From Parachlamydiales bacterium (GTDB lineage Bacteria; Chlamydiota; Chlamydiia; Chlamydiales; CALOCV01): DNA of 64,000 nucleotides. The stretch lies in contig CALOCV010000030.1 of NCBI GenBank assembly GCA_942491955.1, positions 8,473 to 72,472 on the forward strand. Direction: 5' to 3'. This document shows, piece by piece, positions 1 to 8,723 of this stretch (position 1 is its first letter; each line of letters begins with the position of its first letter). The position numbers were made by a program, and so were the translations under genes. A model generated the notes under the pieces. The model worked only from the letters and a program-made list of their open reading frames with translations. It made no database searches and had not been told where the DNA came from.

Positions 1-366
1 AATGTCGATTTCTTTTTGTTCCAAGGTAAAGAAAAATTAAAGCATTTCTCTATGCCTATCGTCAATCTTGCCTCAGAAGGCTTGTATCATGTGCGTAAGC
101 TTCCAGAGAGAAAAAAAATCACTTACGATCTTCCAGAGGGAAGAGGTTATTTATATTTTATAATTGAAAATAAACAAGTAAATATTCGTTATCCAATTAT
201 GGAAAAAGAAGCCGAAATCGATTATCAGGAGTTATTGGAGGCTTTTTTGCAATTCCGAGAAAAAGTGCGTAGCTTTTTACGAGAAAAAACTCCACACATT
301 TTAGAACATCCTGAATGGGGTGCATGGGTAGCTGGTGAAGAACTTCCTAAAGAAATGGAAAGCTAG
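1..366 (+). CDS. Immunity-like protein, array copy 0 (5' end cut by window edge)
   Basis: Frame 1 is open from base 1 (NVDFFLF...) to TAG 364-366. The C-terminal block DYQELLEAFLQFREKVRSFLREKTPHILEHPEWGAWVAGEELPKEME is shared with the other copies. Part of the tandem array around the orphan toxin. Confidence 0.6.
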   Translation, partial: NVDFFLFQGKEKLKHFSMPIVNLASEGLYHVRKLPERKKITYDLPEGRGYLYFIIENKQVNIRYPIMEKEAEIDYQELLEAFLQFREKVRSFLREKTPHILEHPEWGAWVAGEELPKEMES

Positions 367-552
367 AGTTGCTGAAATATCATTATTAAAAATCGTTGTT
401 CGTCCTTCATCAGGAAGTATAACAACAGCTTATCCATTCACGCCTCCACAATATGGAATGCTAGAGTTGCTGAAACATCATTATTAAAAATCGTTGTTCG
501 TCCTTCATCAGGGAGTGTAACAACGGCTTATCCATTCACACCTCCATCTTAA
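367..552 (+). repeat. Two tandem relics of the toxin gene 3' end (..SLLKIVVRPSSGS(I/V)TTAYPFTPP..)
   Basis: Direct nucleotide similarity to 2440-2511, the end of the orphan toxin (ETSLLKIVVHSSGRVTTAYPFTPRT*). The second relic also carries the last ~12 nt of an immunity gene (atggaatgctag). Confidence 0.8.
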
Positions 553-563
553 GGAAAAAATAA

Positions 564-1064
564 ATGATTGAATTTGATTTTAAAGGGGAACTACTCGAAG
601 GAGATGATCTCTCTGAAAATGAAGAAGAATTTAAAGATATTATTTCAACAGCAATAGAACATACGTGTTTTATTTGTCCGATTGTATTTATTGCAAATAA
701 TGTCGATTTCTTTTTGTTCGATGATGAAGATGGCGTAGGTCATCTTTCAATGCCCATCGTCAATCTTGCCTCAGAAGGCTTGTACCATGTGCGTAAGCTT
801 CCAGAGAGAAAAAAAATCACTTATAACCTCCCAGAAGCAATGGGTTATCTCTATTTCATTTTGGAAAATGGAAAAGTGAAGCTTCGCTATCCTTTTATGG
901 AAAAAGAGGCTGAAGTCGATTATCAAGAGTTATTGGAGGCTTTTTTGCAATTCCGAGAAAAAGTACGTAGCTTTTTACGAGAAAAAACTCCACACATTTT
1001 AGAACATCCTGAATGGGGTGCATGGGTAGCTGGTGAAGAACTTCCTAAGGAAATGGAATGCTAG
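564..1064 (+). CDS. Immunity-like protein, array copy 1 (intact, 166 aa)
   Basis: Complete ORF with aaggaaaaaataaATG upstream, which is the same start context as the other copies. It serves as the reference intact member of the family. Confidence 0.65.
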   Translation: MIEFDFKGELLEGDDLSENEEEFKDIISTAIEHTCFICPIVFIANNVDFFLFDDEDGVGHLSMPIVNLASEGLYHVRKLPERKKITYNLPEAMGYLYFILENGKVKLRYPFMEKEAEVDYQELLEAFLQFREKVRSFLREKTPHILEHPEWGAWVAGEELPKEMEC

Positions 1065-1152
1065 AGTTGCTGAAATATCATTATTAAAAATCGTCGTTCG
1101 TCCTTCATCAGGGAGTGTAACAACGGCTTATCCATTCACACCTCCATCTTAA
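1065..1152 (+). repeat. Relic of toxin gene 3' end
   Basis: Same ~88 nt unit as 367-552, 3021-3108 and 3607-3694. Confidence 0.8.
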
Positions 1153-1163
1153 GGAAAAAATAA

Positions 1164-1590
1164 ATGATTGAATTTGATTTTAAAGAAGAAGAATACGTCA
1201 TTGAAAATGAAGAAGAATTTAAAGATGTCATCTCACTAGCGATATCAGAAACATGCTTTCTGTATCCCATCGTATTTATTGCAAATAATGTCGATTTCTT
1301 TTTGTTCGATGATGAAGATGGCGTGGGTCATCTTTCGATGCCCATCGTTAATCTTGCCTCAGAAGGCTTGTATCACGTCCGTAAGATTGCCAAAGAGAAA
1401 AAAAATTACTTATGATCTTCCAGAGGGACGAGGTTATTTGTATTTAATTTTTGAAAATGGTAAAGTGAAACTTCTTTTTCCTAAAAGAGAGAAAGAAGCC
1501 GAAGTCGATTATCAGGAGTTATTAGAGGCTTTTTTACAATTCCGAGAAAAAGTACGCAGCTTTTTACGAGAAAAACTCCCCATATCTTAG
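1164..1590 (+). pseudogene. Immunity-like paralog, copy 2, frameshifted
   Basis: ORFs 1164..1415 and 1279..1590 together cover the family. The frame breaks at the A8 run 1398-1405. A second shift lies in the a-run of cgagaaaaactcccc near 1567-1572, which is A5 against A6 in the other copies. Confidence 0.7.
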
Positions 1591-2511
1591 ATCATCATCC
1601 CTGAACTTGGCCGTTGGCTCACCCCCGATCCCATCGGCTTTCACGATGGATACAACCTCTACGCCTATGTCCACAACAACCCCTTCCTCTATACCGACCT
1701 CCACGGACTCTGGGCGTGGGAATTTGCCAAAGGAGCCACAGGAGCAGGCTTGCAAGTCGTCGGCCTCCGTCTGGTTGTTGCAGGAGTCACCATCCTCTTC
1801 CCTCCCGCGGGTCTTGTCCTACAATCCGCTGTCAATGTCTACGCCATGTACAACATGTACCAGATGGGAAGCACCCTCTACACCATGGGCAGCCATATCG
1901 CTACCTCTGGCTATGAAGATGGCCTGGCCGGCGTAGGACAAGCCATAGAGGACATCGGCAGCGCCTTTGGAGAACTCTCCGCTGAAGATTGGGGAGGGAT
2001 GGTAGGAGGGATCGCTGCAGGGAAAGGGATCAAGATGGCCCAAACCAGGATCTCCCCCTTTAGTAAGCCGCCTACTCTCCAAGGACGTGTCGCCCCCACT
2101 ACCGCTGGCGCCCTTGCTACAAAGACCTTCCAAAACACTCTCACCCCCAAAGCGGCCAAGCTTACTACCAAAGCAAGCCCTCTATTTCTTTGCTACTCTC
2201 CTAAAATTGCTCAAGGGAATAGAGATTATGGAATGATTCATATTCTTATGCGACACTCTTTTGATTCAACATGTAGCGGAGTCTCTCGTTTTCCAAAAGG
2301 GTGGGGAGCAACAGAAATTCGAAACGCTATCGAAGAAGCTTTGGCCATGGGACAGGGAAATTGGGAACAGGGAAGAAATCATGTGTTAAATGTCAATATG
2401 GGTAGAATGATTGGATTCGATACAAACGGTAATGAAACATCATTATTAAAAATAGTCGTTCATTCTTCAGGCAGAGTAACAACGGCTTATCCATTCACAC
2501 CTAGGACGTAA
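1591..2511 (+). CDS. Orphan Rhs C-terminal cassette: Rhs core tip plus C-terminal toxin domain (tentatively EndoU-like nuclease)
   Basis: Frame 1 is open from 1591 with no start codon. It reads IIIPELGRWLTPDPIGFHDGYNLYAYVHNNPFLYTDLHGL, which is the Rhs-associated core end motif (DPxGL type). A hydrophobic/Gly-rich linker follows, then YGMIHILMRHSFD...RFPKGW...LLKIVVHSSGRVTTAYPF. The track ORF 1750..2511 is only the part after an internal Met. Confidence 0.7.
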   Translation: MIIPELGRWLTPDPIGFHDGYNLYAYVHNNPFLYTDLHGLWAWEFAKGATGAGLQVVGLRLVVAGVTILFPPAGLVLQSAVNVYAMYNMYQMGSTLYTMGSHIATSGYEDGLAGVGQAIEDIGSAFGELSAEDWGGMVGGIAAGKGIKMAQTRISPFSKPPTLQGRVAPTTAGALATKTFQNTLTPKAAKLTTKASPLFLCYSPKIAQGNRDYGMIHILMRHSFDSTCSGVSRFPKGWGATEIRNAIEEALAMGQGNWEQGRNHVLNVNMGRMIGFDTNGNETSLLKIVVHSSGRVTTAYPFTPRT

Positions 2512-2527
2512 TACAAAAAGGAATCCA

Positions 2528-3020
2528 ATGATTCATTTAGATTTTGAAGAAGAAGAGTATCTCATTGATGATAGCACAGATCTCAAAACAATAATTTCAA
2601 CAGCAATAGAACATACGTGTTTTATTTATCCGATCGTATTTGTTGTAAATAATATCGATTTTTTTTTATTTGAAGATAAATGTGGTTTAGGTCATTTTTC
2701 AATGCCTATTGTTAATTTTGCAGTAGATGGTTTGTTCTCTGTTAGACAACTTTTTAAAGAAAAAAAATATATATTTTGATCTTCCAGAAGGAGGAGGGAG
2801 TCTCCACCTCGAAATTAATGTAAATCAAATAGTTAAACTCACCTTCCCTCCACTTAAAAAAGAAGCCGAAATCGATTATCAGGAGTTATTGGAGGCTTTT
2901 TTACAATTCCGAGAAAAAGTACGTAGCTTTTTACGAGAAAAAACTCCACACATTTTAGAACATCCTGAATGGGGTGCATGGGTAGCTGGTGAAGAACTTC
3001 CTAAAGAAATGGAAAGCTAG
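2528..3020 (+). pseudogene. Immunity-like paralog, copy 3 (divergent centre), frameshifted; cognate position directly after the toxin
   Basis: Starts 17 nt after the toxin stop. ORFs 2528..2779 and 2727..3020 join across the A8 run 2760-2767. Confidence 0.65.
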
Positions 3021-3108
3021 AGTTGCTGAAATATCATTATTAAAAATCGTCGCTCGTCCTTCATCAGGGAGTGTAACAACAGCTTATCCATTCACGCCTC
3101 CACCATAA
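3021..3108 (+). repeat. Relic of toxin gene 3' end
   Basis: Same unit as 1065-1152. Confidence 0.8.
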
Positions 3109-3117
3109 GGAAAAGAT

Positions 3118-3606
3118 ATGATTGAATTTGATTTTAAAGAAGAAGAATACGTCATTGAAAATGAAGAAGAATTTAAAGATGTTATGTCAACAGCAATAGA
3201 ACATACATGTTTTCTGTATCCAGTTGTATTTATTGCAAATAATGTCGATTTCTTTTTGTTTAAAGGTAAAGAGAGATGGAAACATCTTTCAATGCCCATC
3301 GTTAATCTTGCATCAGAGGGCTTGTATCACGTGCGACGACTACCAGAAAAAAAAAAATTATTTATGATCTTCCAGAGGGACGAGGTTATTTGTATTTAAT
3401 TTTTGAAAATCATAGAGTCAAACTCTCTTTTGCCTAAAAGAGAAAAAGAAGCCGAAGTCGATTATCAAGAGTTATTAGAGGCTTTTTTACAATTCCGAGA
3501 AAAAGTACGCAGTTTTTTACGAGAAAAAACTCCACACATTTTAGAACATCCTGAATGGGGTGCATGGGTAGCTGGTGAAGAACTTCCTAAGGAAATGGAA
3601 TGCTAG
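3118..3606 (+). pseudogene. Immunity-like paralog, copy 4, with two frameshifts that together restore the frame
   Basis: The N- and C-terminal parts are both in frame 1. The central ~75 nt, between the A11 run 3347-3357 and the T4 run 3428-3431, reads correctly (YDLPEGRGYLYLIFENHRVKLS) only in another frame. Frame 1 hits TAA at 3397-3399. Confidence 0.7.
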
Positions 3607-3694
3607 AGTTGCTGAAATATCATTATTAAAAATAGTTGTTCGTCCTTCATCAGGAAGTATAACAACAGCTTATCCATTCACGCCTCCACCATAA
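3607..3694 (+). repeat. Relic of toxin gene 3' end
   Basis: Same unit as 1065-1152. Confidence 0.8.
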
Positions 3695-3703
3695 GGAAAA
3701 GAT

Positions 3704-4129
3704 ATGATTGAATTTGATTTTAAAGAAGAAGAATACGTCATTGAGAATGAGGAAGAATTTAAAGATGTCATCTCACTAGCGATATCAGAAACATGCTTTC
3801 TCTATCCAATTGTATTGATTGCAAATAATGTCGATTTCTTTTTGTTCGATGATGAAGATGGCGTGGGTCATCTTTCAATGCCCATCGTCAATCTTGCTTC
3901 AGAAGGATTGTATCATGTGCGTAGGCTTCCAGAGAAAAAAAAAATTACTTATGATCTTCCAGATGGGACAGGTTATTTATATTTAACGCTTGAAAATCAC
4001 AGGGTCAAACTCTCTTTGCCTGTACGTAAAAAAGAGGCTGAAGTCGATTATCAGGAGTTATTGAAGGCTTTTTTACAATTCCGAGAAAAAGTGCGCAGTT
4101 TTTTACGAGAAAAAACTCCTCATATCTTA
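3704..4129 (+). pseudogene. Immunity-like paralog, copy 5, 5' part (interrupted by IS insertion)
   Basis: Reads normally to ...REKTPHIL (tta 4127-4129), then the IS inverted repeat begins. The remainder of the gene resumes at 5591. Confidence 0.8.
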
Positions 4130-4990
4130 GAACCTGTTTAAAATCTTTTTAAAAGAAGAACTACAAATGCTAAGACTACCATAGTTAAGCTAGTATTTAG
4201 CTTTCTTTCACAGTTTTTCCATAATCTTCTACACTTTTCAAGCCAGCTAAAAGAACGTTCCACAACCCATCTTTTGGGAATCACTTTAAAAGTATGCAAT
4301 TCATTTCTCTTGGCTATTTCTACTGGACAACCCAATATCTCTTGAATACCATCTGAAAATGGTTCTCCAGAGTATCCTCCATCAGCTAAAACGTTTTTTT
4401 ACTTCAGATAAAAAACTCTTCTTCAATGAACATGCTTCTAGCGCTCCTTTCCTATCTGTAATATTTGCTGTAGTTATATGAATTGCATGAGGTAATCCTT
4501 GGGTGTCTACAGCGATGTGTCGTTTTATCCCTGAAATTTTTTTTCCTGCATCATACCCTTTACTCTCAGCTGTATCGGTATTTTTAACGCTTTGCGCATC
4601 AATTATTATAAAACTGGTTTTCTCTTTCCGACCATTGTTTTGTCGGACCTCTCCAACCATTTTTTTTTAAAACTTTCTCAAGGATGCTTTCTGAATTATC
4701 ATCGCTTTCTTTCCATAACTTGAAATAGTAATAGCAAAGTTCCCATTTAGGATATTCTTTTGGCAACATACGCCACTGACAGCCACTTTTTAAAACATAT
4801 AAAATTCCACAAAAAATATCAAAAAGGTCTACGGTTCTAGGGCGTGTTTTTTTTCGCACAGACTCAAGCAAAGGTTTGATTTTGTCAAATTGCTTTCGAG
4901 AAATATCGCTTGGATAAGAGTGAGCCATCATTGCCTCCAAAGTTTTGAAAGCAATTTTTATACAGGATTAGAAAGATTTTAAACAGATTC
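4130..4990 (-). mobile_element. IS5-family insertion sequence (IS427/IS1031-like), 861 bp
   Basis: Terminal inverted repeats are GAACCTGTTTAAAATCTTT at 4130-4148 and its near-complement at 4972-4990. TTA lies on both flanks. A two-ORF transposase sits inside. Confidence 0.8.
4138..4940 (-). pseudogene. IS5-family DDE transposase (orfA/orfB, A9 slippery run, plus an extra frameshift)
   Basis: The N-terminal ORF 4599..4940 has the DUF4096-type motif (LYVLKSGCQWRMLPKEYP). The 4382..4660 ORF has IIDAQSVKNTD. The 4138..4335 ORF has PKRWVVERSFSWL. orfA and orfB overlap at the A9 run (forward T9, 4660-4668). The DDE part is additionally broken at the A7 run (forward T7, 4394-4400). Confidence 0.75.
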
Positions 4991-5025
4991 TTAAGAAACT
5001 TGGTTGACATATCTCAGCAATAAAA

Positions 5026-5307
5026 ACTACCACAGAGCCCACAGAGAGCACAGAGAGAGGGTTATATTTTCATTCGACGAATACCTTCTACCAATCGTTT
5101 CACATTAAAATTGATCAGCAATCCTCGGGCACAAGTTCCATAGAGCTTTAAATAAGATAGTCGTTGTGCTTCGTGTATTAGAGCTATTCCATTCACAGAT
5201 TTAATTTCTATAATTACCTGATCCTCTACAACTTCTTCAGACATTTCTGGATGCACTAAACAATCTATATGTCCTCCCTCTGTGTTCTCTGTGGGCTCTG
5301 TGGTAGT
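5026..5307. repeat. Small element bounded by ~35 bp inverted repeats rich in CACAGAG
   Basis: 5026-5061 (actaccacagagcccacagagagcacagagagaggg) is the reverse complement of 5273-5307 with 2 mismatches. It encloses ORF 5062..5256. Confidence 0.7.
5062..5256 (-). pseudogene. GxxExxY-family (PD-(D/E)XK-like) protein, C-terminal half only
   Basis: The pattern VIIEIKSV...IHEAQRLSYLKL...GLLINFN..RLVEGIRR matches the C-terminal half of GxxExxY proteins. The N-terminal half carrying the name motif is absent. Confidence 0.5.
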
Positions 5308-5384
5308 TTATTTTCTAAAAACTCGTTCAAAACTGTTTTACGAATAAAACGACAAAAGCAAGGATGACCATATGTAAACTGGTT

Positions 5385-5590
5385 TTTCAAACATATGAAA
5401 TGCCACAAATTACATCATATAAGTCGACCGCTCTAGGACGTGTTTTTTTTCTTGCAGATTCCAGAAGAGGTTTAATTTTGTTAAACTGTTCACGATCCAT
5501 ATCGCTAGGATAGCAATGGGGCATAAAATACCTACAATTGTCTTGGAAAATAATTGTTTATACAGGATTAGAAAGATTTTAAACAGGTTC
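5385..5590 (-). mobile_element. Truncated second, divergent IS5-family copy (right end and transposase N-terminus only)
   Basis: 5561-5590 repeats the IS end (tacaggattagaaagattttaaacaggttc). 5400-5525 encodes MPHCYPSDMDREQFNKIKPLLESARKKTRPRAVDLYDV.., which is homologous but not identical to the 4599..4940 product. Confidence 0.7.
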
Positions 5591-5668
5591 TTAGAACATC
5601 CTTATTGGGGTGCATGGGTAGCAGGTGAAGAACACGCTTATGACAAGGAGTGGATCCAGAGTTCTTGA
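5591..5668 (+). pseudogene. Immunity-like paralog copy 5, 3' part
   Basis: Reads LEHPYWGAWVAGEE.. directly after the IS end. Joining 4129 to 5591 and removing one TTA restores ...PHILEHP... Confidence 0.75.
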
Positions 5669-6067
5669 GATATCGCGATACAAAGAGGAGACGTAGAGCA
5701 CTAAAAAGCGTGGGAAGAGAGGGATGTGAGGTATATAGCGAATAGGATTCAAAATCGGGATTTTGCATGGATCCTTATCTATGCAATCTTTTGTTTGACC
5801 TCTACAGGATATCCCAGTTCTTCCAAAACTTTTTCATTGATTTTTGTGCACGAAGTTTATGTGGGTTTGTATTGAATCCTATTGAGGGTTTAAAAGAAAG
5901 CGGCCTGCGCTCTTGTTAAAAAAATAAAAAAAATATTGCTATGCTATAATGATAAGAGAGGGGTGTGCTTCTGCTTATCTTATATCGCTTTTTTTCGATA
6001 AATGCCCCCTTTTCTTGAAATAAGCAGGGGCAATCATTTATTAAGTATTTAACTAAGAGGGATTTTT

Positions 6068-8563
6068 ATGACCAATCCCATCAATCCGTTAGAACCTAGC
6101 GATATCCCCCCTATTCCACCTAGCGAAATTCCATCGATTAACGAACCTGCTCAAGGCGAGAGTGACACCATCGGAGCCTTTACCGACCCCGATTCCTTTT
6201 TTATCACCAATGCGAGCTCTTTTCTTCCTCTTCCCGATGATATCGATATTTTGACCTATTTAAAGCTTTTGGGGGATAGTATCCTTGAGTTCCAAAATGA
6301 GCTCCGCGTCTCTACCCGTTCTACCCTCGACCAACGGGCTCTTTTCCGCGGTGCCATTGTTAATGTTTTCCAAAATTTTTCCCTTCTACTCGATGCTCTA
6401 AAAGATATCGTTGAAGAAGGAGAACAACTCGTTGATGAAGCCAATGAAGACATCGATGCTGTGAATCAAAGTACCGATGCCCACAACGCAGCACTTGCGA
6501 CCGATCAACAACAACTCGAAGCCATGCAAACCGTTATTGATAATTACAATACCGCTCTACAAGCTTGGAGAGATTGTGCATCAGGTTGTGGTGCTCTTAT
6601 CCTTGCATGGGTCCAAGCAGCGACCTTCTACAATGTGCAAAGAGCCTCTTACAATACTTACCGCAATACCAGAAATCCCGAAATTGCCGACTACAACGAC
6701 GCTCTTGGAGAATATGCGTTCCAGCGCCTCTTTCAAAATGGAGATATTTTCTCCTACAATCAAGACCATGCCCAAACACCCGGATTCGTCCCGATCCACT
6801 TAATGCAAGGAACGAATCCCGATGAAGTTCCTGAACTTCCTGCATACAGTTCGGTATCGATTCCCGGTAATCCCTTATCTACTGACCCCAATACCCTCCC
6901 CCTCCTAGATCCCATCTCGCAAGCAGAAATCGATGAAGCAACGACTCCAGTAACAAAGCCCCCTAATCTAACGTTTGAAGGAAACCTAGACATCGTTAAC
7001 CAAGGACTCCTGCCCTTTCTTATCCCCGCTCTCAATTTTGCAAATCAACTAGTCACCGTTCTCGATGCACAAGAACGGTTTGATCCCGATGATGAACTCG
7101 AATCGGCACGCGATAAGCTGCTTCCTCCTGCCTTCTTCAATCAACAGACTGAGGCTATTTTAAAAACCGATACGGGTGCAGGCAGTAATATCGGCCTGAC
7201 ACAGGTGACTTTGACAGCCAATGATGCCGTTCTTGAAGGAATTATCTCTCGGTCATTGATCGAAAACGTTTTCCGACAACAACAACTCAAATTAGAATCC
7301 TCTTTTTTCGGTCAGACACAATTGATTTTAGCCAGTGTTTTTGGAACTAACTTGTTACGCGCCATTCCACCAGGATTGAGCATCATTAGCCCTCAACTCC
7401 CTAACGTAACCGCGAATTCTCCCATTTTTTCTATTGTCTTTGCCCTCTCCTTTAGCAATCGGGTCCAAGAAATCATTGAACAAGGGGTTTTAGGGGGTGC
7501 TATCGAAGACCTCATTGCGAATGCTCCCCAATTGCAATCGCTTTCTGCAGGGCAAAAAGCCGATATACAGAATGATCTTTCCAATACTGCCACCACCTCG
7601 TTCATTCTCGTTTCTGCAGGTCTTCTCGCTCGCACACTGGGCCTTCCCTCTCTTGTCTCTCAACTTCTAGCGACATTCGGCATCCTTTCACCCTCCCAAC
7701 AAAAAAGCCTATTCTCTGGCGAGGAAGATACTCTAACGCTGCGTCAACAGCAGCGAGAAGATTTGTTGAATCGATTTGTTAACCAAGGATTTGGACCCAA
7801 TGAAGCACAATTTTTGAGTGCAACCGCTGTTGATAATCTCAACCGAGGTTTTATTAATCCTCTTCTCTTTCCCATTACTCAAGACAATCTTCGGGTCGAT
7901 GCTCTCTCCTCAAATCTAGCAAGTGGGCTCGTCTTTAAAGGCATTCCATCACCAAGAGCACAATCCATTGCCGAAGCAGCGGTACAAAGTGTCCTCGGAG
8001 GAGGAACTTCTTTCAATCGCCTCACCTCTCTCCGCGATGCACTCCGCACGGCTCTACGAGCAGAAGGAGTTCCCGGTTCGACAGCGGAAGAGGTCTCGAA
8101 TGCAGCCGACTTCGAAGGAAATCTAACAGACCCTCTTGCTAACGTTCCCGTTGGAAGCCTAACGCCAGAACAACTCATTAATACGGTCGGAGAAAGAGTT
8201 TCTGCTCTTCTCGACCCTGTATTAGGATCCAAATTAACGGGGCAGATCCGTGAAGAAATCACCCGTTCTCTTGCAGGAACCGAGCCTGCTGGTATCGAAG
8301 CTGTCAAAGATGAGAAAACTCCATTTTCTCTAACAAGCCTTCTTCGCGATCACAGAATTGCCGATGAGTCATCGGCTACTGCTGAAGCCAAAGAGAACCA
8401 AGCGGCCGCATTCCAAGAAAAAATGGCCCCTCATCACAATCTTTATGAGCTCGAAAGGAGGATGATCGATCCAGCAAATATCTACCTATTTATGTACTCC
8501 AGCGCGATGAATTTGGGCCTAGAACCCAAAGAATGGAAGCAATCCATTGATATTCAGGCATAA
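6068..8563 (+). CDS. Large hypothetical protein (831 aa), candidate secreted protein
   Basis: Long ORF with an RBS-like agaggg upstream and a Pro/Ser-rich low-complexity N-terminus. First gene of a co-directional block ending in T3SS chaperone/translocator genes. Confidence 0.6.
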   Translation: MTNPINPLEPSDIPPIPPSEIPSINEPAQGESDTIGAFTDPDSFFITNASSFLPLPDDIDILTYLKLLGDSILEFQNELRVSTRSTLDQRALFRGAIVNVFQNFSLLLDALKDIVEEGEQLVDEANEDIDAVNQSTDAHNAALATDQQQLEAMQTVIDNYNTALQAWRDCASGCGALILAWVQAATFYNVQRASYNTYRNTRNPEIADYNDALGEYAFQRLFQNGDIFSYNQDHAQTPGFVPIHLMQGTNPDEVPELPAYSSVSIPGNPLSTDPNTLPLLDPISQAEIDEATTPVTKPPNLTFEGNLDIVNQGLLPFLIPALNFANQLVTVLDAQERFDPDDELESARDKLLPPAFFNQQTEAILKTDTGAGSNIGLTQVTLTANDAVLEGIISRSLIENVFRQQQLKLESSFFGQTQLILASVFGTNLLRAIPPGLSIISPQLPNVTANSPIFSIVFALSFSNRVQEIIEQGVLGGAIEDLIANAPQLQSLSAGQKADIQNDLSNTATTSFILVSAGLLARTLGLPSLVSQLLATFGILSPSQQKSLFSGEEDTLTLRQQQREDLLNRFVNQGFGPNEAQFLSATAVDNLNRGFINPLLFPITQDNLRVDALSSNLASGLVFKGIPSPRAQSIAEAAVQSVLGGGTSFNRLTSLRDALRTALRAEGVPGSTAEEVSNAADFEGNLTDPLANVPVGSLTPEQLINTVGERVSALLDPVLGSKLTGQIREEITRSLAGTEPAGIEAVKDEKTPFSLTSLLRDHRIADESSATAEAKENQAAAFQEKMAPHHNLYELERRMIDPANIYLFMYSSAMNLGLEPKEWKQSIDIQA

Positions 8564-8723
8564 AAAATAGCCAAAAACAAGGGGAAATCTGATGCAATTG
8601 ATTGAAATAAATATTTTATTTGTATTAAAATAGATGTAGAGGGGTAGATACCGTTCTCGTATTCTTTTCTTTTCCTATCATTCCCATCTTTTTAAAGAAA
8701 ATCTGGTAATTAAGGAGTCATTT

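Noticed and set aside
1564-2171. Overlapping ORFs 1564..1755(-), 1607..1936, 1614..1916, 1819..2133(-) and 1911..2171(-).
   Set aside because: They are alternative-frame or antisense shadows of the GC-richer Rhs-CT linker region. The frame-1 reading carries the recognisable Rhs and toxin motifs.
1-4141. The regularly spaced ~550-600 bp repeats could be mistaken for a CRISPR-like or satellite array.
   Set aside because: The units are protein-coding gene copies with divergent centres. There are no short 25-40 bp direct repeats with unique spacers.
4660-4668. The A9 run between transposase orfA and orfB as another error or pseudogene site.
   Set aside because: Programmed -1 frameshifting at A-rich slippery runs is the normal expression mode for this IS group. 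Only the second break (4394-4400) is counted as a disruption.
5935-5952. Extended -10-like promoter (tgctataat, with tataat at 5945-5950) upstream of the 831-aa gene.
   Set aside because: There is no convincing -35, AT-rich surroundings make chance TATAAT matches likely, and chlamydial promoter rules are loose. It is not reported as a feature.
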